A stretch of 64,000 nt of DNA from the NCBI GenBank assembly GCA_964016885.1, contig OZ024745.1, forward strand, positions 14,756,001-14,820,000. The letters are read 5' to 3'. The position numbers and the translations under genes are program-made. How positions within the stretch are numbered: position 1 is the first letter of the stretch; every line of letters begins with the position of its first letter. Of the stretch, positions 42,979-56,618 are shown in pieces. The DNA is from Eledone cirrhosa. Its lineage: Eukaryota. Under the pieces are notes generated by a model. It made no database searches, was not told the DNA's origin, and worked only from the letters and a program-made list of their open reading frames with translations.

Positions 42979-45294
42979 CAAGTATGTTTAGTACATTGTC
43001 CGACAAAAAAGACAAATAAAAACACTAGCTTCAAAAGAAATGTGAACACGACCATGGGGTGCCAGGGGCATTTGAAAAACATGAAAAACATAATATGCTG
43101 TTTTCATTGACACTTTCAGAGGTAGAATATTACTGTTGCCCTTCTAAATGAAAGATCTCCAATACTTGTATAGCATATGAAAAACCAAAGAGAATATATA
43201 AGTTTTCAAAACATTCATGCGCATTGTAAGACTCATTATAGTGGTAAATAAGCTATTATTTGCTTTAATATGATGTCTTAATGATACATAACCAAATAAT
43301 TGCGTAGCGTTTGATTTTCGAATATTTTACTTCGATTAGTTTTTAAACGTTTCTCAATCGGACATTGACACCTGTACCCGCCACTCTTCATACGACAGTA
43401 GAATAGATCTCATAAACTTAAGGAATTGATAGAAGAAATAACCATACACAGGAAAAAACACTTTCAACTGTTGTTCACGTGTATAAAGAAAAAAAATCAG
43501 TTTTTAAAAGAGATTAGCACCAACTAAACTGAGATACCGTGTAATAAAATTTATGCAAAACGTAGAATTTGAAAACATTTTGAAATAAACGTAGGTAATC
43601 TCCTGGACTTTTAGGGTATTAAGTTAATATAAACAGTGATGTGCTCATTCGCGGAGATGCGATAAAATTGCTTATAAAATAGAGTGAAGACCCTTAAAGA
43701 CTGAAAAAGTTGTCAGCAGCTGCTACGAGGGGTCGAACCTCATATCTCCCAGATAGCAGCTAGGCGTTATTAAATTTATCTCTTCAGCCCTTCGTAAAGG
43801 TCCGAGGAATTGGCTACGTATATACGATGTTTGTTGACATTTAAAGCTGAGATTCAGCTCCCTAATTTAAAACAGTAAGAGTTGTCACAGTCCCTTGGAT
43901 TAATGGTTCAAAGCGCCTAGCCGGTATCTGAAACACACGCATTCGATACCTCGTAGCGGCCGCAGTCAAATTTTATAAACTATTCTATAGCATCTTCACG
44001 TATAAGCACACTACTCGTTATATAAATGTTGATATAATATTATAAGCTACGTAAAAGCAGTATAAGAGTTAACATTGTTTCCGATACTGCACACAGTTCA
44101 GAAGCCCCTAGTAAACAATTTTGCGTGTCATAAGTCTCACTAGCATGTATGTTTCTAATTTATTTAGCTGAAATATGAATCCAGTTTTAATAATGCCACT
44201 TTCAATACACAGAAAAACATCGTACTTCAAAGTTATCTCCTGTCCAGCGTACTTAAAATCCCTACCTTTTTCTATTATATATTACGTTTTATTGAAACGA
44301 ATTACAGTGTATTCATTAACAAATGATAGAAGCTTATTTGACCGTGCCAAACACTCTCCCATACAATCGAAATATCCGCAGGAAGTAAAAGCTGCAAATT
44401 CAAAACTTTCAGAAATATTTTATTAATCAACAATTAATGACACAACTTCCAATTATCTCATCGTCAAAGAAAACAACACGAATCTAAACAAACTTAAGAT
44501 ACATCACTCAGAGGTACCTAAAACCTGTATGCCTGCCCCTAACGTATTTATCAGTACACACACATATAGTGAATCCAATTGTATACATGTGTTATAAATT
44601 AATAAAATATATTTTAATATAATTTTATTACAAATTCCAAGAGCCAATTTGAAGCAGAAACCATCGCTTAAATCACATTGAAACTCTAATATAGAGTAAA
44701 ACTAAATATACAATATTACAATCTCACACCAATGTATGTTTTAGAAAAAATCACAAAATAAAAAAAAAATTTATATTCAAATTATAAAAGAACTAATATT
44801 GATTTCTTACATTAAATAAAAGTTAACATTGATTTGTTAGAACAGAAGTAATATTATAAAGTGGCATCAAAGAAAGAACACTTATAACTAAAAGAAACAT
44901 CACACACAAGAACAAAGAGGATACGGATTATCAATAAAACTATAAACTACTTCTGATAGAAATACTAAAATAGAAACATTTCATGCCAACAATATACACA
45001 ATATATGATTAGTTGTTCTTGTTGCTATTCATACCCAGGTTAGTTTTGCTTAATCTCTTCTTTGTTTTCCACACTGTCTATCATGAACATTACTTCACAT
45101 GATGGTGAAAATATGATTTGATTTGATGGTGATTTTGCAGCTCTTTTTAGTAGATCAAGTGATCGCATACCGGCATATCCGTTGGTGACTTTTATTAATA
45201 ACATTCATTGTTGTTAACACATTATTCCAACTGATTTCAAATGTTTAACATGGGAGACAGTGTTTATTTGATGTTTTGTATTTTATTAATATTA

Positions 45295-45660
45295 AGGGTG
45301 GTGGATTGGCAGAATCGGTAGACCTTTGGACAACATGCTTTGTGGCATATAGTTACGTGTATTTACGATTTGAGTCGAAATCCCGCCGAGACTAGCCTTT
45401 CATCCTTACGAGGTCGATAGAATAAAGTACCAGTATTGCACTGGGGTCGATTTAATCGACTTTCCTCTTCTCTTAAAATGGTTGTCTTTGTGACGAAAAT
45501 AGAAACATTTAATATATATGGCGGCAAATTAACAGAATCATGAGACCATTAAGAGAAATGTTTTTCGGTACTCATTCTGGCTGCTTACTTACCTGAGTCC
45601 AAATCCCACTGCGGTCAACTTAGTCTTCGTCCGGTGTCCATAAATAAAGTACCAATAAAG
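45295..45660 (+). mobile_element. Two adjacent degenerate SINEs
   Basis: 45295-45510 and about 45520-45660 each carry the head and the ataaagtacca motif. Confidence 0.75.
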
Positions 45661-46037
45661 TAATAGTTGAGCGGTGAAATTATTAGTGATAGTATTCGTA
45701 CCAGTGCTTTGGAATTTTAATTCAAATCTCGCCGTTACCTAGTGGGCTGGTAGACGCCATTCGACGCCAGGTTTAACACTTCGGATGCTTTTAGTGATGG
45801 TCATATTTATAAACATTTGGGTGAAGTATCTTGATGGAAGATATTGTCTGCACTCACTTCAACCCAGCCTCTGAGGCCCTGAAAAGTATCACGGGCATTG
45901 TCTTTTTTTTCTATCTAAGCATGAACATTTTATTTTAAATCATATTATACCTTGAACAAGTATTTGTTTGCTGCTCGGGCACCGGTTTTTACATCCACTA
46001 AGACATCATATAATATGCCGTAATATTATAATTTATT

Positions 46038-46084
46038 TAGTAGTAGTAGTAGTAGTAGTAGTAGAAGTGGGAGTAGTAGTATTG

Positions 46085-46130
<46 letters not shown>

Positions 46131-46219
46131 GAGGAGGAGGAGCAGCAGCAGCAGTAGTAGTGGTAGTAGTAGCAGCAGTAGCAGCAGTAGTAGTAGCAGC
46201 AGCAGCAGCAGTAGTAGTA
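46038..46219 (+). repeat. Compound (GTA)n/(GCA)n/(GGA)n trinucleotide microsatellite
   Basis: Direct inspection. Confidence 0.95.
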
Positions 46220-46651
46220 ATTCCTATACAGATATGTGAGTAATATCTGAATGTGGATCGTTGTTGATATTTGTAGACAAATTGACAAGAGAAACAAATA
46301 TATCAATGAGATTTATTCATCAAAATATGTCTCACAATAAAACATATTTTATTACAACTATAAGAGGCGCTACTTTAAAGTTTGTATTTCACTCGTAATT
46401 TAATTGTTTGTCATATATTTATCTAATTCCAAGAAAGTTTAAGCATAACACAACATTAAATTTCACATAAACCAACACAACCTGTCAGGAGGTTTCTTGA
46501 TTACAATTCTATTTATATGTATTTAAATGCATCCATCTACCTTCATCTACAGATGCATATATATACGTATATATAAACGTCCAAATATATTATCTATCTA
46601 TCTATCATCTGTCTGTTTATTTCTCTCCATCTATGACTGTCCTTTATCTGG

Positions 46652-46771
<120 letters not shown>

Positions 46772-47120
46772 AGAAATTAAAAGTTGGTTAAAAGAGTTCC
46801 ATATATTTTATTATGCGCATTTGAAATACAAAATCATCCTGGGACAAAAATTGTGTTCTCATCAGATAAAATAAGGTAACATGATATGAGGCATAATACC
46901 ACTTGTTTACAGGAAAGTACTAAGTTTAGTCATATATATATATATATATACATATGCAAGGTTCTGCCAATAGATTGAGGATTAGATGTTCAGTGCTGAA
47001 GCTATAATGAAATATATCGAATATCAGGAGAGTTGCTGCCAGCGTTTTCAAATATATAAATATATATATATATATGATAAAGAACACAAGAGCATCTACA
47101 ACATCAACAGATTTTTATTG

Positions 47121-47165
47121 GCTTACAATGTTTCTTCCTTACGTAACCGTAGGATTCGTCAGAGC
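47121..47165 (-). ncRNA. Type I hammerhead candidate
   Basis: GCT CTGACGA aTCCT ACG gtta CGT a AGGAa GAAAC att GTA AGC; stem I extended by tttttat/ataaaaa. Lies between TA tracts. Confidence 0.6.
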
Positions 47166-47501
47166 TATAAAAGGGGTTTGATTGGTGTTATGGACTCTAC
47201 CAACCAAACATTCAAGAACAAAGAGTAAAGAGAGTAAAGAGCAAAAGCAGGGGACGATAAGTCTAATTTTGGTGCGGGAGGGTGGGGTGTGGGTCCTTGT
47301 TTACTAGCTGCGGTCATATTCATTCCCAGGAGTCGGGTGGTTAGCTGAACCATAGATGGGGTGGCGTCGATAGTAGGGTGCAGAGGGTGTGCAGAGGCTA
47401 CACACACACAAAGGGCATACAATATATATATATATATAGCGGAGGAGAAAGTACATGAGGTAATTAGAAATGGAAAAAGAGTAATAATAATAATCTATAA
47501 T

Positions 47502-47646
47502 TAATTGTTTCTATTTTTGGCACAAGGCCAGCAATTACCCAGTGTATTACTGGTACTTTATTTTATCGACCCCGTAAGGATGAAAGGCAAAGTTAACCTC
47601 GGCGAGATTTGAACTCAGAATGGAAAGGGCCATAACTCTTTGCGTC
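47502..47646 (-). mobile_element. 5'-truncated SINE with 16-bp TSD
   Basis: ataatctataattaat at 47490-47505 and 47647-47662. Confidence 0.9.
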
Positions 47647-48702
47647 ATAATCTATAATTAATAATGTATAATTAATAATGTATAATTAATAATGTATAAT
47701 TAATAATGTATAATAAGGCATGGGGAAGATTACACTATAATAAGGTATAAAAGTAAGGATAAGGTAAAATATAAAGGAGGATAAAAGGGAAAATAAGAAT
47801 AAAGATAAAAAAATATATATATAAAAAAAAGTATATAGAGAATATATAAAGAAGTATTTGAAGGGGAAAACCCAATGTAAAAAAACCGATTTTTTCAAAT
47901 AAAAATATAATTATGGGGGGAGAAAACGATACAATATACATGTATACAATGCACGCATATATACATGCATGCATGCACACACGTACGCACACACACATAC
48001 ATATGTCTGTGTGTGTGTGTGTGAGAGAGAAAAGGAGAATACACACACACACATATACACACACATACACACACACACAAAAACACCAACCTTGTAGAGG
48101 ACTGTTCCACCCTTAGGCTACCTATCTATCTGGGTTACGGGTTGGAGGGGAGGGGGGGAGCTGTAGTCAAGCATGTCTAGGTGGGGGTTGCGTAATATAT
48201 GTTACGTCTATGTGCTAGGTTTAAAATAGAAGAAGGAACTCAGGATTTTGTGTTGGCAAGAGGAGAAAATTTCCGATTTCCTGTTAAGCAGGTTCAGTTT
48301 AGAGTGTATTATGGCATGGCATTCCAGTAAACACAGGTCACAACTCCCGCTCTATATATATGCACATCTATACTCTCACGGCTGCCAGCTCGATTGCGGT
48401 GCAACGTCCATCGTTCATATCTTTTCACAAACAAACGAACAACCCAGCACGTACTCACTCGCACTCACACGCACGCACGCACTCACACACACGCACTCAC
48501 ACGCACGCATTCACATGCACGCATTTCATCCTTTATTTATCATTCTATCTCTTGATGAAGGACTAGTGTGAGAAATGTAAAGATGCTTTTCCTACTATAT
48601 GAAGTGTTAAACTAATATATTCCTTTATTATACTGTGATGTTTGCATTATTCTTTCCCTTTACTTTTCGTACACACAGGGCACACAGCTATATATATATA
48701 TA

Positions 48703-49332
48703 TTAGAAAGTGAGGTTTTTTTTACAAAATGAAAATTAACCGAGGTGTCCTACACGAGTGAAAGTATAAAGAAAAAAAGATGAAATAGAAAATGCAACTG
48801 GAGTCTTATTAAAAAAAATATATATATATTTATTTGGTTCCTTTACCGGTTTTGCAGTTCTTCTGCTTTTCTAAAGTAGAGTTGAGATGGAGGGTCTGTG
48901 GTTTTTCTCACATCTGGTTGGTCTTTGAATGTTACTTGTTTTATATGTAAAAAGTGGCTCGAAACGCCAGGTTTTTAGAGAAGTAATTTGATTGGTTGGT
49001 CAATAATTATAATAAATTTCGCACCAGTTCGCGTTACAAAGTTCTTAAAACAGGGGGCGGGGCTCAGGTTGTTTTTTTCATATATGAGTGTTTGAATTTC
49101 TTTTTACTTAAAAAAAGGGGCTCACGAAGGCTTTTTTTAAATAAACGTAATTTGATTGGTTATAAATGAAATTATGGCTGTCACGTGAACACGTTTTCAT
49201 TAAATTTCGCGCCCGTATTTGGAAATTTATTCTGTAGTCCTTTTAGAGAATTTTATGACAAGCAAAAGATAATGGTCAAGAGAAATGGGATGGGAGAATT
49301 GTTCTGGTTCAGTGAATATGGTTAGTTCGCCC
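48703..49332 (-). mobile_element. Solo copy of the PLE pseudo-LTR
   Basis: Diverged reverse complement of about 6150-6780, with a decayed HHR core. 3' end in (TA)n. Confidence 0.9.
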
Positions 49333-50034
49333 TCTCATCTAATATAGACCACACAAATTCCACTACAGTGATAAATACTTCATCGGTCAGATAAAAACCG
49401 ACTATTACGGCCACCTGACCTACATTGTTTAAAAACACCAGCTTATCTTTACACTTGATATAATACACCCTACGATAGTTTTTACATGTCAATTTTATAC
49501 ATCTGCCTCATGTCAGCTAGTTTTACACGCTAAAATCATAGATATACTATACTTCCCACCTGGATTGATGTTGTGATTATTTCAAATAATTTATTGCTAG
49601 CATTGATGATATTGTTGTTATTGTTCTAACTGAATGCCATTACTACTACATATAGTAGCCTGTATATTCTTTTCATGCCTGTATATTCTCTTCATTCTCG
49701 CAAGCTCCGATGAACTGATTGGTTATAACTTTGTATTGGCGATCGAGTAACGCGAAAATAAGCGGATATCGATCTCTAGACCTACCAGTTCAGAGAAACA
49801 ATTGTCAGCAATGAGATTAAAAACCTTTTTTTGTATAGCAAACCGTGTCACTCTTCTTTCCTGATTTATTATTACTCCAAGTGTTTACAACATAGGAATT
49901 ACAGCGTACTCGCAGCATCACTATGGAAACGCCTTGTTGAGTCAAACTTAGCCAAGCGTTGATATCATCCACTACCCGGAGTACCATAACTGGACTACAC
50001 CTAAGTGGACTGCATATAACTATTATTTTTTACC

Positions 50035-50107
<73 letters not shown>

Positions 50108-50288
50108 CTTAAACTTTAATGTTATTTTAATAAATATTTGCTCTAGGGTTCTTATATATATGATATATATTTATCCTTATCGAGCCCTCTTTGGATTTTA
50201 GTCTTCACATTTATTATTATTACTATATATATATATATCATCATCATCACGATCGTTTAACGTCCATCTTCCACGCTTGCATGGGTTT

Positions 50289-50333
<45 letters not shown>

Positions 50334-50686
50334 ATTGTCGGTACTCCTGTTGATTCAGTGAAATACGCTACCTGCCGAAAAATTAACGTGTAAGTGTTTA
50401 AACATTTCACGTACACACATCCCTCAAAGTAGTTGTCAGTCAGATCGAGCGGGAAACAATGTGAGACATAGGTGGGTCCTTGATCTAGAGTCAAAGGTTA
50501 TTTTTGTCAGCTGAGTGAACTAAAAGGACGGCGGTCCCGGAATCAAACGTATGACCCTATAATTGTGAGCCCAGTACCATAAGCACAGCACCAAGTGCCT
50601 TGTTCTTACAATGTCGAATATTGTTTATGTAAATACATCTTCAAGTTAATTATACATTTATGTATAATATTATTGATGCATAAAAG

Positions 50687-51093
50687 CGCGGTGGATTGGC
50701 AGTATCGGTAGAGAGTCGGACGCCATGCTTTGCAGCATAGGGTTACGGCCCTTTATGATCTGAGTTCAAATCCCGCAGGGGTTAGCTTTGCCTTTCATCC
50801 TTACGGGGTCGATAAAATAAAGTACCAGTCACGCACTGGGGTCGATTTAATCGACTTTCCCCTCCTCCCCAATAGCTGGCCTATATAAGAAACCAATATT
50901 ATTGAACGGTGGATTGGCAGTATCGGTAGAGGGTCGGACGCCATGCTTTCCAGCATAGTTACGTCCCTTTACGATCTGAGTTCAAATCCCGCCGAGGTTG
51001 ACTTTGCCTTTCATCATTACGGGGTCGATAAAATAAAGTACCAGTAATGCACTGGGTAATTGCTGGCCTTGTGCCTAAAGTAGAAACAATTAT
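50687..51093 (+). mobile_element. Two tandem tRNA-derived SINEs
   Basis: Copies at about 50687-50900 and 50907-51093; attattgatgc at 50669 and 51089. Confidence 0.9.
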
Positions 51094-54000
51094 TGATGCG
51101 TATCAGTAAAACATTCTGAATATTATGAACTGTGTATTAACCCTCGCTGGCGTTACAGACATTTTAAACAGAAATAAGAATTCTTATACGCCACCTTAAA
51201 ATAATTCTATAGAAACAATAAACCTATTGAATATTAACAAATGTATTTGATCGCCATACATCTATATTTCATTTTCGTTTGAGTCAGTGAAGTAGAAAAT
51301 TGTAAATTTAAATTTTGCCTGTCAAATTCCTAGTGGAAGATATTACATAAATATGCGGAAACATGAAACAATTTATTCAGCGAAAATATATTTTATGACG
51401 GAATTTTAGTATGCCAGAGTATTCAAACAGTTACTGGAAAATGTTAAAGAAATAAATATGTATAGTTTCAGATAATGAAACTTGCTACTTCTGTCGTCGA
51501 TGGAATTAATGAAATATATAAAGAAATGTTCTAGAATTTGTTTTTCTCTTCCAGACATTATTTCATAGTTTCGCAGTGTCTTCAACATATATAATAAGTA
51601 ATTATGTTGTTTTCGCATCCAACTGGGGATTCGATGTTCGTTATCAGATTTCGTAGTTCTATACATTTTACAAGCAGGACTGTTTCTTTAACTTTGGAAA
51701 CGTTAGTTTCATCTAAAAATATACGTACAATATCTTCATTTGCAATACACTTCTAAATCGCATCTCTGCCTAAATGAAATACAATAACATGAATTCACTA
51801 CTTTTTGGATACATTGTTTTGAAAAATGCTAACAATCTTCAGTTCATTCAGGATTGTAAATTTACCCCAAAGAGTCTCATTGAAGCAATCCAGAAGAGGA
51901 GCTTCGTAAAAATGTACACAAACAGGATTTAAAATATTTTTATTATCACATTAAATATTTCTTCTATTTTCTCGCATAATATTGTTTTTTCTACAAAACG
52001 TTTTAATTCTCAATGAATTATTTTTCTAATTAGTAACATTTTTCAGTGTCTTTTTTCAGTACTTAGATGTATATAATGTCTTAGTTTCCGACTGGATATA
52101 GAAAGAACAGCTTTAAAAGCTGTATGAATCCTTACCGAGTTGAAAAGTCTTCGCTTATAATTTGGATTAAACATAACTACTTACAGGTTTATTTATTAAG
52201 ATAGCAGTCAATATAGTTTCACTTTTAATTTACAGAACTCTCTGTAGATTATGGAAACACAATAGTGCCATGTTTTGATTGATTATATCGAATCGGAATA
52301 TTAAGAGAGTCTTTGAAATCCGATTTATATCATTAAGGGAAAGTTTTGCTTTCAGTGGGTGTAATTTCGTAGAGTATCTGATGAACTATGGAAAATACTG
52401 TTTAATTTAACATGTTATCATGAAAGACAAACACATGCGAAATTTGATTCCACATTATGCCACTGATTCTCAATTAATAATGTGAAATGCAACCTTGTAT
52501 CTAGGATGCGTATAAAATGAGGAAGCTCGATTAAAAATGATATATCTAGTTACATCCAACAACAGTATAAATTTGTGCGACATAGATCATAAGGTTTTGT
52601 TCTGGGGATTGACAGCAACATTGCAATGTCCAAATCCAAGTTATTAAAATTGTATAAGATTGATAGGTCTATACCAACTGTTGTGCCTAAGGCAGAGGGA
52701 TTTCTATTTTTATTTAAATGACAAACCAAACGAAAGCTGCTGTTATGTTGTCAGTATTTAAAAAGAGAGGAATATAATATATCAATGTATGTAGTATAGC
52801 TACAGCTTTGAGTTAGGATGTATAAAATAGTGTAATTCGTTGGGTCACGATTTTATTTTATACAGTGGGATTGTTAAGTACATTACTTCAATGTACTCTA
52901 TATTATCTAACATGCTGAATGTTGGCATTGATACGAAATAAGATGTGTAAAAATGTGTTATAGATTATTCCCAATTGGCGAAGTTTGAACTCCAAACATG
53001 GAGTATCAAAAGGAAATAATGGGTGATATTTCTGTTCCTTACTCCCTTATTTATGATTTAATTTTACCTCAGAAATACCGCAACAATTATAACTTTGGTA
53101 GTTGTATTGATTAGTGAATTGATGTCAAAGAGATGTCAAAATTGAAATTATGTAGTAAGGCCACGTGATCTACTGTCGAAACTGAGTGATTCACAAGAGA
53201 AGGTATAACATACTAATATCTCTGAATTTCAATCCTGGGAATACAATTTAATTTAATAATTCATTTGATGTACAGCTTCAGCGTCGTACTGATTTCATAA
53301 TTTGAAAGGACTAAGGTAATTTAATGCTGGAGAAATTTTGCCTGTTTATGCAAACTCTAGCCATTCCATATGATGGTTTCTCATAATAGTGTATTCTGTC
53401 AGATTTGTAGCAAAGAATGCAATTGTATGACATTAAATGTACTAGAAATCTCTACCTATAAGAATGTATCATGTACACATACTCATGTCTTCTGCATTGT
53501 AATTAAATGAGATCTAGATCACCCCTCCATTAATTGGATTAATATATAATAATTACTTATTTGAGAAACATTTATGGGTATAGAAATCCTTTAGTCACAA
53601 TTGTTTATGCTTCTACAGGTATGATATGGACCCGTAATTCCTGATGGAGTCATAGGAGCGCAACATTCACATACGGCGTTTCTAAGGGCGTTTTTAAACC
53701 TGGCGCAGCCGGTCCCCTTCCCAGGCTGAATACAACAGATTTCGCCTGGAAAGAGATTATAGATATAGAGAAAGAGATATACAGGAAGAATGGACCCCAG
53801 TAGTAGACTGGTATTTCATAAGAAAAACAACGAAAAAAGAAAACATGTTGCAACCTCATTTGTATAAACACTGGGCATGAATAAAATAAACATACATATA
53901 TTACTCCTATCTCCTATTATACATTTTACAGGTTTCAACTATTACATTCAAGATGTGGTTGGTGCTACGACATTCACGAACGCTAGCGGTTTCTACTGGC

Positions 54001-56573
54001 TGGTTATTACAGTTCTTGTTTTGCAAAGAATAGGATAGAATGATTTATTTAATTTTCTGTTTTTTTCCTTAGTAAATTTAGGCTACATGTACATCAAAAG
54101 CAAATGGATGTTAATGACATTTAATTCATTTAGTCCATATCTGTAGGCGAATTCATGTCTACGTTATTTATGTGTCATCGGCACAGAATTATAGACTGTT
54201 GTAGTTAGTGTTTAGTTTCAAGACTTTTGCTTTCAGTAAAGTAGAATGTGGCGACGTACAAGGAATAATGGAGGAGAATAAAATAAGGACAAGAAATAAG
54301 GAAGAGACGTATTTCATTCGGGATTCATGTTCTGTATTTCTTTAGGGGAATAACAAAAACAAAAAAGCCAAATCGTTTCTTTTTCTGCTTTACTTTCCCT
54401 GTTTCTCTGTAAATCAAAAGAGCTACAGATTTAATAATCCTTGCATAGGACCATAGTTATACTTACACTTCACCAATGATTATGAAAGATATAAGCTGTG
54501 AGAATGATCCTAACGACTATGAACACGATACATACAGTTAGTCTGTAGAAAAGGTCATAATAAGGCTGAAACACATTGCCAGAAAATGGATGTAATATTA
54601 GTCACTGATGGCTAATGTTGTTTTCTAAGGTTCTTTGGCGTAAACATATTAACATAAACTTAAGAATTAAACTCGCCAAAGATCGTTAAATAAAGAGACC
54701 TTGAATAGAAGAGTGTTTTAGTTTAATTAAAGTATTGTGTAATAAGTAGAAAACAATGCTGTCGGAAAATTATATACACATGACAATAACAAGGATATAT
54801 GAGTTAGTCTTGTTGGTATTTGGTGCAATATCTATTTTAAAATGTGTTGTGGGAACGAAAGAGAGAGAGAGAGTGAGGATAGAGAAAGAGAGACTATATC
54901 TTCTTTATTTTGGCATTAACAACAGTCTGGAATTGAATGAAGTCCAGTGTCTATTATAGCCATTCCTTATAATCAACATGTGTTATTATGATAAACCAAA
55001 TTCTATCTCAAACGTATGGCAATCACTGGGCAAGTACACCTTGTCATCAGAAGAATTAGTTTTAAAGTTTTTTGGCCTTAATAACAGTGATTCTAAATAC
55101 AATGAAAATATGAGAAGGCATACTCAACAACCATCGCTACTCTAATACCAAGAGTTTATATAACACAAAAACAACTCTAGCATCCGAATCTCTACACGTG
55201 TGTTCTTTTGTTTAATACTACGTACACTAAATCAGAATGGCAGAGCCTCGCCTGTCAATACCTGTTGTTCTCTTAACATCGTTGTAAAGGTATAGTTAAT
55301 TCGAAATACTATGACTAAAATATTAATAGTCTATTGATATGTTAACATTGTAAGGTATCCCAATAGATCCTTAATCGATGTTGTTCAATGTATAAACTTA
55401 TCTCGTGCAAGCTGTTTGCCCATATGTTTGACGTCAACGAATTTTAACATGCACGTGTATCATGTTCATTAAATGCTTTTCTATTTTGCCATTGTATGTA
55501 CACTAAAATATTCGAAACTAAATTTCATGGTTATGTGCTTTCAGCAGAATGCTCACATAAAATGTATATGGCGAACAGCCTTTTCAATCAAATATTTTGT
55601 TTGTGACTCCCTGTACATCTTAATATATGTTTCATATGAAACGTCTTTCATACTTAAATTATCCTTCGCTAAGATAATAAAGAGCATATATTGTACATAT
55701 CGTTATCATTCTCAAATAGGAAGGTGTCTACTAAGGTTTCACGGAGTTATTAATTAAAAGTAATAAGCAAGTTTTGATTATTTATTTTTAATATTTCCCT
55801 TTTACAACGTGCTGAGATAGTGCTGCTGTTGTCTTTTGAATTATCACCAACCATAAATCTCTGTTATATAGCCGTTTAAATTAGGTTTGGCAAGAAGCTT
55901 AATTTAAAGTGAAATATCTTGGAGATATCTTGCCTTACATACCTCCATGAAATAATATTTCTATTACAGTAAATTTATTAAGATTTACTAAGATTATATT
56001 AATAAAAAAATAAACTGATTTATTAATTTAAAATACTCGTGAAAATAGGTGGCGGTGTATAAATTTAGTGAATATACTTGAATATTGATGGATAGTCACA
56101 TTAAGACTTAAAGCTCCCTTTGATCTCCAAAATGCAAACACATTTATGAGATACTTAAAATCTTAAATCCTAATGGAATATTTTTTGTTAGTTCTTATTT
56201 TTTTTTCAAAATACCATGATACCTCCAATATATTGTATAAACATTACCAAGAAGCAACAGGTCTAATCGTAACATAATATTAACACAAATTTATGTAAAA
56301 TATACATATGATCTTTAATGAGAAATCTTGAAATTACCTCTTCGCATCCTAATATTTTGTTAACTTCATCATATATTTTACTTTAACTATTTCATAATTG
56401 CAACAGCGTTAAAAAATCGATCATTTTATTTGCTTCTATAATCCACACTTTAATTTTCCAAGATGAAAAAATATACATGTAAATTTCATTTTGAATTATG
56501 CATCACGCTATACATACATACATACATATATACAGACACGTATAGATATATACATGCATGCATACAAACATAC

Positions 56574-56613
<40 letters not shown>

Positions 56614-56618
<5 letters not shown>

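Noticed and set aside
45968-46306. Poly-Val/Ala or poly-Tyr/Cys protein
   Set aside because: Trinucleotide microsatellite.
53932-54037. Possible terminal exon after ttttacag (FNYYIQDVVGATTFTNASGFYWLVITVLVLQRIG*)
   Set aside because: Only an acceptor-like site and a short frame, with no other support.
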